Source: Acidimicrobiia bacterium
GTDB lineage: Bacteria; Actinomycetota; Acidimicrobiia; Spongiisociales; Spongiisociaceae
Reading direction: 5' to 3'
NCBI GenBank assembly: GCA_022827785.1
Contig: JAJEIM010000004.1
Coordinates: 7,409-71,408, forward strand
DNA: 64,000 bases
Each line of letters begins with the position of its first letter. Position 1 is the stretch's first letter. Under the pieces are notes generated by a model. That model worked only from the letters and a program-made list of their open reading frames with translations. It had not been told where the DNA came from and made no database searches. Positions 39,570 to 48,388 of this stretch are shown here, piece by piece. The position numbers were made by a program, and so were the translations under genes.

Positions 39570-40355
39570 ATGACGAAAGAAGCCATCCGGGCCATCCGGC
39601 GGGAGTCGACACTCGAAGTCATCCTTGACCGGCCCAAGGCCAACGCCATCGACGCGACGACCAGCCGGGAGTTGGGCACTGTCTTTGCCTCCTTTCGGGA
39701 CGATCCCGACCTCCGGGTGGCCATCCTCACAGGTGCCGGGGAGCGGTTCTTCTCCGCGGGCTGGGATCTGGCCGCCGGCGCCGACGGCGAGGCCTACGAC
39801 AGCGATTTCGGCCCCGGCGGATTCGGCGGGTTCCCCGAGCTTCCCGGCCTCGACAAGCCGGTTATCGCCGCCGTCAACGGAATGGCGGTAGGAGGCGGCT
39901 TCGAGCTGGTGATGTCGGCGGATCTGGTGGTCGCCGCCGAACACGCCACCTTCTTCCTGCCCGAGGCTTCGATCGGGCTGATCCCCGATGTGGGAGCCAT
40001 CCGGCTTCCCAGACTGCTACCCGCCCCTCTGGCCAACGAAGTGCTACTGGCAGGGCGGCGGTTGACCGCGGAGGAGGCCCACCGGTTCGGCCTGGTCAAC
40101 AAGGTGGTGCCCGGAACGGAGCTCATGGACACGGCGCGCGACCTGGCCGGCCGCATCGCCGCCAACGCCCCGCTGGCCGTGGCCGCCATTCTCGACATCG
40201 TCCGGCGGACCGGGAACCTACCGGTTGCCGGCGCGCTCCACACCCTGCGATCCGGCTCGGTCGGCGCCTACGGGAAGATGTTGGAGTCGGAGGACGCCCG
40301 GGAAGGCATCCGGGCATTCGCGGAGAAGCGCGATCCGGTCTGGAAGGGTCGGTGA
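39570..40355 (+). CDS. Enoyl-CoA hydratase (carnitinyl-CoA dehydratase CaiD-like)
   Basis: RPKANAI, FSAGWDL, GGGFE, LPE and AFAEKRDP motifs. Confidence 0.88.
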   Translation: MTKEAIRAIRRESTLEVILDRPKANAIDATTSRELGTVFASFRDDPDLRVAILTGAGERFFSAGWDLAAGADGEAYDSDFGPGGFGGFPELPGLDKPVIAAVNGMAVGGGFELVMSADLVVAAEHATFFLPEASIGLIPDVGAIRLPRLLPAPLANEVLLAGRRLTAEEAHRFGLVNKVVPGTELMDTARDLAGRIAANAPLAVAAILDIVRRTGNLPVAGALHTLRSGSVGAYGKMLESEDAREGIRAFAEKRDPVWKGR

Positions 40356-40556
40356 TGATCGCCGGAGCACGCCGAGTTATCCGGAGAACACCGGTGGCCG
40401 CCACCCGGTCGCGGCCTGGATAGACCTGCTCTTTCGCTACAATGCAGGCGGATGCGGGAGGTTCCTCCCAGCACCGTCCCGGCCGACCGATGTGGTCCTT
40501 GATCCCCACGGTGGCGTCACTTCTCACCCGAACCCGAGCCTTCACGAGGTGCATCC

Positions 40557-41891
40557 ATGAGTTCGTCGGTCATGCCCGGTTCCGCTCCGCGGCCCGATGG
40601 CACCACCCGGACCATCCTCGGCTCGCGCGGCCTGCTGCTGGCCGTCCTCTTCGTGATGCTGGGGAACGGGATTATGAACCCGTTGCTCGGCATCAGAGCC
40701 GAGCTGGAGGGCTTCTCGACCACCGCCACGGGCACCATCCTGGCGTTCTACTACGTGGGGTTCCTGGCAGGTGCGTGGATGACGCGGCGCCTGGTGATGG
40801 GGGTCGGTCACATCCGCGTGTACGCCGCGCTGGCGTCGCTGGCATCGACCTCGACCCTCATCTACATCCTCAACGCCTCCCCGGCGGTCTGGTCACTGGC
40901 GCGGCTGATCAACGGCTTCGCGATGAGCGGCCTTTTCATCGTAGGAGAGAGCTGGCTCAACGAGGCCGCCACCAACCGGACCCGGGGAAGGATGCTCGCC
41001 ATCTACATGGTGGTGCTGATGGGAGGGCTGGCAGCGGGCCAGATGCTGATCATCCTTGGTGATCCGTCCGGGATCGCCCTGTTCATCGCGGCCTCGATAC
41101 TGGTGTCGATCGCGGTGATCCCGATCACCCTGTCGACCTCCTCGGCTCCCACTCTGGTGCTTCCGGGCAAGCTTCCGGTCGCTCAGGTGTGGCACGCCGC
41201 ACCCCTGGGGATCTTCGCCGCCTTCAGCCAGGGAGTAGGGGTGGCGGCCCTGCTGACGCTGGGAGCGGTATTCGGTGCGAGATCGGGTATGAGCGTGGAA
41301 CGGATCGCCCTGTTCACCTCCGCCGCCGTGATCGGAAGCGTGGTGCTCCAGCCTGCCATCGGCGAGCTGTCCGACCGGCTGGGACGGAGGCGGTTGATAT
41401 TGGGCACGGGCTTCGTGTGCGCTGGCGCATGCCTGGCGATGGTCCATGCCAACCCGCTCGGCTGGTTGGCAATGACAACCTCCTTCCTGATCGGCGGCTT
41501 GGCGCTGAGCATGTATCCGTTGGCGCTCAGCCATATCAACGACCGGGTTCCTCCTGGATCGGCCGTCGGCGTGAGCACGGTCCTGTCGCTTGCCGGCGGA
41601 ATCGGCGCCGTTATCGGTCCGATCGCCGGTGCGCAGGTCATGGACGCCGTGGGACCGACCGGCCTCTACTGGTTCGTCGGAGTCGTGTTCCTGGTCACGG
41701 CCATGTTCAGCCTGTTCCGGATCTTCACCCGGGAAGGCGTGCCTGCGGACCGGCGGCGACCCTTTGCCCTCATCCCGGCCAGAGCCGGCACGGTCATAGT
41801 CCAGATGGCCCGCCGGATGCGGCAGCCCGGCGAGAGAGCCGCCCGCGACCGTCCGGATGGGAACAGGCGACCGTCCGGCGGGAAGGAGTGA
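40557..41891 (+). CDS. MFS transporter
   Basis: GHIR, ESWLN and GELSDRLGRR motifs; about 12 transmembrane segments. Confidence 0.85.
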   Translation: MSSSVMPGSAPRPDGTTRTILGSRGLLLAVLFVMLGNGIMNPLLGIRAELEGFSTTATGTILAFYYVGFLAGAWMTRRLVMGVGHIRVYAALASLASTSTLIYILNASPAVWSLARLINGFAMSGLFIVGESWLNEAATNRTRGRMLAIYMVVLMGGLAAGQMLIILGDPSGIALFIAASILVSIAVIPITLSTSSAPTLVLPGKLPVAQVWHAAPLGIFAAFSQGVGVAALLTLGAVFGARSGMSVERIALFTSAAVIGSVVLQPAIGELSDRLGRRRLILGTGFVCAGACLAMVHANPLGWLAMTTSFLIGGLALSMYPLALSHINDRVPPGSAVGVSTVLSLAGGIGAVIGPIAGAQVMDAVGPTGLYWFVGVVFLVTAMFSLFRIFTREGVPADRRRPFALIPARAGTVIVQMARRMRQPGERAARDRPDGNRRPSGGKE

Positions 41892-41992
41892 ACAGGCCTG
41901 CCGGTTGGCCAATGCCTGCCAGCGCCGTCCACTGTCACGCCACAGGCACTTCGAGACGGCAGCCGCCGCGGCCCGGGTGAGAGTTCGGGGCG

Positions 41993-42733
41993 TTAGCCCT
42001 GGCAGCCCAGCAGGTTGTCGACCGCCGGCCGGATGCCGAGCCGGTAGCTCGACACCTCACCGCCGTCGATGGCGAAGTAGATGCGGTAGTCGGCATCCGC
42101 CTCGTCGTTGGGGACGAAGGCCAGGGCCTGGCCCTCCGACACGGCTTCGTTCGCCTGCTGGATGTTGTTGGGATAGACCTCGCGCACGCTGGCTTCCGAG
42201 GTCCCGATCCTGACCCCCGACCGGGTGGCGATGACGCTGGGGGCGTTGATCTCGACGCGGACGACCGCCCCGTCGACCACCATGAACGCCACGCCCGGAA
42301 GACCGGCACCGGCCGTCACGTAGTAACAGTTGTCGGTCGATGTCCGGCCGAAGTCCTGGGAAAGCGTCAACCCGGAGGCGACAGCAGCCTCCTCTACAGT
42401 CATCCCCAGAGTGACCGGCCCCAGGGCACGTAGCGTCACGACATCGTCGCTGGTCAACTCCGCAGTCCCCGTGGGTGGGGCCGCGGTGGTGGCCGTAGTC
42501 GTCGCAACCACCTCTTCGGCCACGGTCACTGCCACTTCGGTGGTGGCCGTTCCCGAGTCCTCCATATCATCGGAGGGAGTGGGGGCCTGGGCCGCGGTCG
42601 TGGCGACCAGGCTGGTGGCGGCGGTGACCTCTGCGGAGGTGTCCTGTGTGGTCTCGGCGGGAGTCTCATCGCCTCCGCCGCACGCTGCCACGACCATGGC
42701 TATTGCTGCTACTAGTAACGCCCGCTCTTTCAA
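41993..42733 (-). CDS. Hypothetical lipoprotein with a Thr/Ala-rich linker
   Basis: TTG start after GAAGGAG; lipobox VAAC; low-complexity stalk followed by a globular domain with two Cys. Confidence 0.65.
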   Translation of the reverse strand: MKERALLVAAIAMVVAACGGGDETPAETTQDTSAEVTAATSLVATTAAQAPTPSDDMEDSGTATTEVAVTVAEEVVATTTATTAAPPTGTAELTSDDVVTLRALGPVTLGMTVEEAAVASGLTLSQDFGRTSTDNCYYVTAGAGLPGVAFMVVDGAVVRVEINAPSVIATRSGVRIGTSEASVREVYPNNIQQANEAVSEGQALAFVPNDEADADYRIYFAIDGGEVSSYRLGIRPAVDNLLGCQG

Positions 42734-42939
42734 GACATCTCCTTCGCACAAACAGCAGACCCGATCTCTGTCGTTTCCGACATTGCGAAAACCCTCCGCC
42801 GCGCCCGATTTTCGCGTTCTGGGCACCAGTACGCTACCAGCATAGGAGAACAAAGCTCACCCTTTCTCTGATTTCGCGCACTCGAAACCTCCGGTGGGGC
42901 CCGAGGACGCCTCGCGGCGAGCCGAGGTTGGCCGGTTGA

Positions 42940-43680
42940 CTACCCGCGATCCGGCACTGTTGGCGCGCTCGCCCATCCGACCGTCAAACCCCGGCACTCA
43001 CCGCTGAGGAGGTCCCGCAGGTATCCCGCCTCCCTGCCATCGATGGTCAACTCCCACCGGAACTTGATGGCGATCCATAAGGCAATGTAGGCACATCTGT
43101 GATGGGGATTCGGGGGCATCCATTGCGCCGGGTCATCTGCGCCTTTCGCCGTGTTTATCCCGGCCGTTACCGCAGCCAGGCCGCCGGGGTCGTTGGCAAA
43201 TGCCCGCCTGCGACCGGGACCCCACGCGTGAGCTCCCGAGTCCCATGCTTCCTGCAAAGGCACCACATGGTCGATGTGTAAACCGGCAGGCGATCCCTCG
43301 ACCCACACATCGTCATACGGCGAGTACCAGACCCCGGAGACGATCCGGCATTCCGGACCGTCATCGAGACGGAGGTCGGAATGAGCGTCCCTCAGAAGAA
43401 CCTCCCGGCGGGTATCACAACCGTCCGCGTCCTCGTCCGTCCAATGAACGAACAGATCCCGGTCGTACCCGTTCCGTCGTTCACCGGCAACCACCAACCG
43501 GTTGAGGAGATCGACCGCAGGAACCCGCTCCCGGGAACTTCCTGTGGAGTGAACCGAAGCTGCGCGGGAGTGCGCGAACGCATTGTCCCCACCATCCCGG
43601 CCCGATCCGCCGCAAGCGGCCAGGAGGCTCACCAGAAGGAGAGTTGGAAGAAGAGGCCGGCGCCGATCGGGTCGCCGGCT
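42940..43680 (-). CDS. Secreted/lipoprotein HNH-type nuclease (DUF1524-like); start codon unresolved
   Basis: CDTRREVL, WYSPYD, IDHVVPL, RRAFAND and N..KG..DPAQW motifs; lipobox LAAC. Confidence 0.75.
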   Translation of the reverse strand, partial: SRRPDRRRPLLPTLLLVSLLAACGGSGRDGGDNAFAHSRAASVHSTGSSRERVPAVDLLNRLVVAGERRNGYDRDLFVHWTDEDADGCDTRREVLLRDAHSDLRLDDGPECRIVSGVWYSPYDDVWVEGSPAGLHIDHVVPLQEAWDSGAHAWGPGRRRAFANDPGGLAAVTAGINTAKGADDPAQWMPPNPHHRCAYIALWIAIKFRWELTIDGREAGYLRDLLSGECRGLTVGWASAPTVPDRG

Positions 43681-43688
43681 GAAGAGCG

Positions 43689-43760
43689 TGGGCGCTACTG
43701 GGATCGAACCAGTGACCTCTGCCGTGTGAAGGCAGCGCTCTCCCGCTGAGCTAAGCGCCC
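43689..43760 (-). tRNA. tRNA-Val (CAC)
   Basis: GGGCGCT acceptor stem, anticodon arm CTGCC-TTCACAC-GGCAG, T-loop GGTTCGATC. Confidence 0.95.
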
Positions 43761-43828
43761 GGAGGCGGCAAGTGTAGCCGTGCCGGGTGGGTGCGCAGCG
43801 CCGGATCCGTCGTGAATTGTCATTGCCC

Positions 43829-44221
43829 ATGACGCCATCTATAACCCCTACCTATGACACGGACGGAGGGGGCGCCATCAGCCTGACGCGCCGGGAATTC
43901 GAGCGGATCGTCGATCAGGTCCTCGAAGAACTACCCGGAGACATCGCCGCCAAACTCGACAACCTGGTGGTGGTGGTCGAGGAGCGGCCTCCCCCGGGCG
44001 AGGATCTCCTCGGCCTGTACGAAGGCATCTCGCTGGCCGATCGCGGTATGGACTATGCGGGCGCGCTACCGGATCGCATCACCATCTACATGGAAAGCCA
44101 CATCGAGATGGAACTCGACCGGGTTAGCACCATAGAGGAGATCCGCCGGACCGTCCTGCACGAGATCGGGCATCATCTAGGTATAGACGATGCCCGACTG
44201 TCGGAACTGGGTTGGGTCTAG
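43829..44221 (+). CDS. Minimal zincin (Zincin_1-like) metallopeptidase; start uncertain
   Basis: LLGLYEG, PDRITIY and TVLHEIGHHLG (HExxH) motifs. Confidence 0.85.
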   Translation: MTPSITPTYDTDGGGAISLTRREFERIVDQVLEELPGDIAAKLDNLVVVVEERPPPGEDLLGLYEGISLADRGMDYAGALPDRITIYMESHIEMELDRVSTIEEIRRTVLHEIGHHLGIDDARLSELGWV

Positions 44222-44254
44222 GTGCTGAAAGGGGGAAAAACCTGGCCGAGTGTG

Positions 44255-44293
44255 CTGACCCGAGAGTTGTTATCGCCGCCCGACTTCTCGGCA
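44255..44293. terminator. Imperfect hairpin between convergent genes
   Basis: CCGAGAGTTG...CGACTTCTCGG inverted repeat. Confidence 0.35.
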
Positions 44294-44297
44294 GTTC

Positions 44298-44693
44298 CTA
44301 GATGCGCCGCGTGCGCTTGATTCCTGCTTCCTTCAAGACCTTGGCCGGCACTCCCACTTCACGCCAGGTGTGGTAGCTGATCTGGTTGCGCCCGGAATAT
44401 GAAACCACCACGCCGATGAAGTCCGCCTCCAAGGCGTCAAAGTCGACCGAGGTGTCCACATTCTTGAGCTTGTCCTCCGTGTCGAAACGCTTTTGAATCA
44501 GCTTGACACGCCGCAGGAGGTTTTCTTCGTTGGCGATGTCATCGCGCAACCGTTCGATCTTCTGCTCCAGGACTTTGGCGCGCGCCGCGCCGCCGGGCTG
44601 ACCGGCCTCCAAAGCCTTCAGATACCTCGTAACTTTGGCTGCTTCGCGCTTGCCCTTCGCGAGAGCCGCCTTGTGGTCTTCGCCCATCGGCAT
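44298..44693 (-). CDS. Small basic hypothetical protein
   Basis: AAAGGGAG RBS; charged helical sequence ending ISYHTWREVGVPAKVLKEAGI. Confidence 0.75.
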   Translation of the reverse strand: MPMGEDHKAALAKGKREAAKVTRYLKALEAGQPGGAARAKVLEQKIERLRDDIANEENLLRRVKLIQKRFDTEDKLKNVDTSVDFDALEADFIGVVVSYSGRNQISYHTWREVGVPAKVLKEAGIKRTRRI

Positions 44694-44898
44694 GAAATAC
44701 TCCCTTTCTTGGTTGGAATACCGTCCTGTCACATCCGATAGTAATCAAAGTCCTATCGTCTGTGGTAATTGAAACTGCTGCACATCAGGCACGGATCAAT
44801 TTCACGCCGCAGTAGCTTAACCGAAGTCCGCTGCTTACAAGACCGTAGAACCTTAATCACCAAATCACCGATAAACCAGCAGGTAGAGAGGATTTGGC

Positions 44899-44973
44899 TG
44901 GTGGGCGCTACAGGATTTGAACCTGTGACCTCTTCCGCGTCAAGGAAGCGCTCTTCCCCTGAGCTAAGCGCCC
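44899..44973 (-). tRNA. tRNA-Val (GAC), CCA encoded
   Basis: Anticodon arm CTTCC-TTGACGC-GGAAG; T-loop GGTTCAAATCC. Confidence 0.95.
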
Positions 44974-44991
44974 CGATTCTCATGTCTTGCG

Positions 44992-45062
44992 AGGCGACGA
45001 CCGGAATCGAACCGGTGTAGCAGCTTTTGCAGAGCTGTGCCTAACCACTCGGCCACGTCGCC
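44992..45062 (-). tRNA. tRNA-Cys (GCA)
   Basis: GGCGACG acceptor stem, anticodon arm CAGCT-CTGCAAA-AGCTG, U discriminator. Confidence 0.95.
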
Positions 45063-45106
45063 GTATACCTACGCCGGCCGGTTCTGACCCGTCCGGACCG
45101 GGCCGG

Positions 45107-45179
45107 AGCGGAAGACGGGGCTCGAACCCGCGACCTCAACCTTGGCAAGGTTGCGCTCTACCGACTGAGCTACTTCCGC
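45107..45179 (-). tRNA. tRNA-Gly (GCC)
   Basis: GCGGAAG acceptor stem, anticodon arm CAACC-TTGCCAA-GGTTG. Confidence 0.95.
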
Positions 45180-45251
45180 GCGCTTCCTCATTGTAGCGTC
45201 TGCCGGATCCCGAGTGGCTGCCGTTCGCTCCCGAACTCCCTTGGCGACCGC

Positions 45252-45680
45252 CTAACGCCCCGACGAACCGAATCCCTGCGCGCCACGCTCGGTCTCGTCC
45301 AATCGATCAACCGGCCGCGGCGCCGGGAGCGCGACCGGCACGATCACCAACTGGGCGATCCGGTCCCCGCGAGCGATACTGCACCGCTCCCGACCGTGAT
45401 TGATCAGCACCACCCGGAGTTCTCCGCGATAGCCGGAATCTATGAGACCCGGGGAGTTGACCAGCCCCACCCCGTACCTGCGCGCCAGCCCGCTACGGGG
45501 TAGCACCAGTCCCGCATGGCCTCCCGGGATGGCCACCGCAACTCCGGTATCCACCGTGGCGTACTCTCCCGGCTCCAGCCGGACGGGAAAGCGAGCGTAC
45601 AGATCAAGCCCAGCATCGGTCGGGTGGGCGCGAGTGGGCGAAGGTAGTTCCGAATCGATCTTGAGAACGTTAAGATGCAC
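45252..45680 (-). CDS. dut: dUTP diphosphatase
   Basis: AGLDL, PRSG, GLIDSGYRGE, DRIAQ and RGAQGFGSSG motifs. Confidence 0.96.
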   Translation of the reverse strand: MHLNVLKIDSELPSPTRAHPTDAGLDLYARFPVRLEPGEYATVDTGVAVAIPGGHAGLVLPRSGLARRYGVGLVNSPGLIDSGYRGELRVVLINHGRERCSIARGDRIAQLVIVPVALPAPRPVDRLDETERGAQGFGSSGR

Positions 45681-45759
45681 GACTCACCAATCCCAGACAA
45701 GATGTAATCGGGGCTCTCGAAGCCGGGCGGAGTACGGCACGCAGGAGCAAACCGCCCTT

Positions 45760-47295
45760 ATGGTTACGTTAAGACCCGAGCATCCGCATCCGATCGTTTC
45801 CGTCCGGCCCGCGGCCAAGCCCGATGGCGCCACAGGCACCCGTTCGTCCTCCGACTCCGGTGCCTACCGTGGCCAGCACCTTGCCGGCCGCAGTTGGAGT
45901 ACCTACGAGCCCGCCCATATGGACGCGAAGCGTAGCGGTCTGGTCCGGTTCCTTCCCTCATGGACGTATCGCTCGGTTTTGGCGGTTCCCACGGCCGACC
46001 CCCAGGTGTCCCAGGACGGATCACCCGAGTTCCGGCCCTCGACATCCACGGACCGGTCGACTGCCCGACCGGGACGGAAACCCCGTGCCGAGTCCGGCAA
46101 GCCGGCGGCGCGGAGACAGGCAGCAGCCGGAGGATCCCCATCCCCGGCAGCCGGACGGCGGCCTGCCGGGTCCGTAGCCGCCTTCTCCGAGGTTCCCGAG
46201 ACACATCTCCTCCCGGCCGCCCCGGCCTCGGAGGGCTCGCCGCTGGCTTCCCTGCTCGGATTCGGCGAGGTCGAAACCTCCTTCGGCAACCGACCCGACG
46301 AACGGCAGGAGTCCTTCGAGCCGACCACGCACGATGATGAGTACTGGGACCGGCTTCCCTCCCTCAGTTCCGTCACCGCCGAGATGAACGGCCCCCGCAG
46401 CACGGGCGACGCGGTCAAGGCCATGTGGGACGCCACCTCCGAATGGGACATGGATTCCAAGCTGCTTACGGATGATCTGTCCGAGACGGGGACGAAGGAC
46501 CGTCGCGCCCTCTGGCGGATGCTGGTCATCGGAGCCGGGCTCGCCATCATGCTGACGCTTATCGGCGTCACCTACAAGATGCTGACCGACATGCCGGTTC
46601 AGGCCGCCGCCGCCCGCGAGGCCCAGTACACGCGATCGGCCCAGGAGCTGTTCGATACGCTCGGACCGGTCGCCAACTCGGTCTATGCCGACGGGCTGTC
46701 GAGCGACGCCGGGTTGTCGGCCCTGACCAGCCACCTCGGCGATCTCGACATCGCCGCCCGGCGCTCGGCTTCGCTGGCCGCGGAACCCTTGCCCAGTACG
46801 CCGATTCTCGGGAGGACGGCGGATATCAACGCCCTGGCAGAGCCGAGAGACCGGCTGGCTTCGGGCTCGACGCAAGCCCTGAGCATCGGTAAGCAGATCG
46901 GCGATGCCATGGCCTACTCGCTCACCATGTCCCTCGCTTTCAACCTGCCCGAGCTCCCGGAACAAGCCTCCCCGAGCCAGGTCGACGAGATCGCTCTCCA
47001 GCTCAGCACCTCGATCGCCGAGACCAGCCTCCTGCTGGCCAGGCTTCCGGACGACCCTGTCTTCGAGGGTTTCCGCCAGAGGGCGTCGGAGACGGTGGCC
47101 TCCGTCGAGCAGATCCAGGCCGAGTACATAGCGGCCCTGAGGAGTGGTGACACCACCCGAGCCGCTGATGTCAGGCACCGGCTGGGCGGTGCGATATCGG
47201 GCCTCCACGAGGAACTCCAGGCCCCCATCGGCGAGGTCAAGACCTGGGCGGTAAGCCGGCTCGATCAGGTGGCGGCCATCATCGGCCAACTGTAG
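45760..47295 (+). CDS. Hypothetical single-pass membrane protein (disordered N-terminus, helical C-terminus); start uncertain
   Basis: One transmembrane segment LVIGAGLAIMLTLIGV; long open frame. Confidence 0.6.
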   Translation: MVTLRPEHPHPIVSVRPAAKPDGATGTRSSSDSGAYRGQHLAGRSWSTYEPAHMDAKRSGLVRFLPSWTYRSVLAVPTADPQVSQDGSPEFRPSTSTDRSTARPGRKPRAESGKPAARRQAAAGGSPSPAAGRRPAGSVAAFSEVPETHLLPAAPASEGSPLASLLGFGEVETSFGNRPDERQESFEPTTHDDEYWDRLPSLSSVTAEMNGPRSTGDAVKAMWDATSEWDMDSKLLTDDLSETGTKDRRALWRMLVIGAGLAIMLTLIGVTYKMLTDMPVQAAAAREAQYTRSAQELFDTLGPVANSVYADGLSSDAGLSALTSHLGDLDIAARRSASLAAEPLPSTPILGRTADINALAEPRDRLASGSTQALSIGKQIGDAMAYSLTMSLAFNLPELPEQASPSQVDEIALQLSTSIAETSLLLARLPDDPVFEGFRQRASETVASVEQIQAEYIAALRSGDTTRAADVRHRLGGAISGLHEELQAPIGEVKTWAVSRLDQVAAIIGQL

Positions 47296-47383
47296 GAAGC
47301 CCCCGGGCGAGCGGGTCGCGTCACCGCTCGCAGTCCGTTCCCGGAGCCGGTGGCCGCCAGCCCGGAAACGGCGGTATCAAGAC

Positions 47384-48388
47384 TCACTCCGGTCGTGCTA
47401 CCAGGCCTGCGATCCTGACGGAGAGGCGCTCCATGAAGAGGTCCGCTCGGCCGTCCAGGGCGATGGCGGCGTTCGGCTCGCGGCCCCAGGCGCCCCTGAA
47501 GTCCCCCACGGTCTCTCCTGTCGTCAACTCCCCGCCCGTCTCGATATCGACCGTGGTCTCCACGGTGCTCACGAGAGAAGGGTCCAGCGCGGCCGCGACA
47601 GCAAAGGGATCATGCACGAACGCCCCGTAGAACCCGTCGTAGCGGTGATGGAACTCCATGTAGAACCTGAGGGCGTCGGCGATGAAGGACATCAGCGGAT
47701 GCGCCTCGGAGACCAGCGGCTGCAGTGACTCCATCGATGTTTCCGCCAGTTCGGCCAGCCGAGCCACGTGACGCGGTAGGAGACGTGCCTGTTCGGTGAC
47801 GTCCAGTGGCATCACGAGCGGCAGGCTGCGAGCACCCCGGCCGGCGGCCGCGAACACCTCTTTGGCTGCTTCCGGGTCGACGTGCATGTTCCACTCGGTG
47901 CGGGGAGCGGTGTTCCCTGCCACCGTGAAACAACCCCCCATAATCACCAATCGCTTGAGCAGGTGGAGCAGGCGAGGCTCCCGACGGAGGGCAACCGCGA
48001 CGTTCGTCAGCGGACCGACTGCCACGAGGGTGATCTCGCCTGGTTCCGAACGGGCGCGGTCGACGATCAGGTCGATCCCGGACCTCGCGCTGATCCGGTC
48101 CGGAGGGGCCGCAAGCGTTGCGTATCCGGTCCCGGTGGGTCCGTGGGTCTCCGGGGTGGTGACGAGTGGGCGCTCGATCGGTCCCGCGCATCCGGGCGCC
48201 ACCTCCACATCGGAGTGTCCGGCCAGGTCCAGGACGGCGGCCGTGTTGGCTGTGACCTCGTCAAGGGAGACGTTTCCGGCCACGCAGCTGACCCCCACCA
48301 GGCGGGCGTCGGCGGAAGCGACCGCGTAGAGGAGGGCGAGCGCGTCGTCGATCCCGGTGTCGACATCCAGCAGGATGGATGTGGCCAT
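47384..48388 (-). CDS. Inosine/uridine-preferring-family nucleoside hydrolase
   Basis: DVDTGIDDA, GPLTN, MGG, EWN..VDPEA, PLDVT and HDP motifs. Confidence 0.92.
   Translation of the reverse strand: MATSILLDVDTGIDDALALLYAVASADARLVGVSCVAGNVSLDEVTANTAAVLDLAGHSDVEVAPGCAGPIERPLVTTPETHGPTGTGYATLAAPPDRISARSGIDLIVDRARSEPGEITLVAVGPLTNVAVALRREPRLLHLLKRLVIMGGCFTVAGNTAPRTEWNMHVDPEAAKEVFAAAGRGARSLPLVMPLDVTEQARLLPRHVARLAELAETSMESLQPLVSEAHPLMSFIADALRFYMEFHHRYDGFYGAFVHDPFAVAAALDPSLVSTVETTVDIETGGELTTGETVGDFRGAWGREPNAAIALDGRADLFMERLSVRIAGLVARPE

Noticed and set aside
40438..40556. Known riboswitch upstream of the MFS gene
   Set aside because: A TACAAT -10-like element and a GGGAG/CTCCC hairpin are present, but I could not match any riboswitch consensus.
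41993..45179. Prophage or integrative element at the tRNA cluster
   Set aside because: No integrase or phage genes, and I saw no duplicated att sequence.
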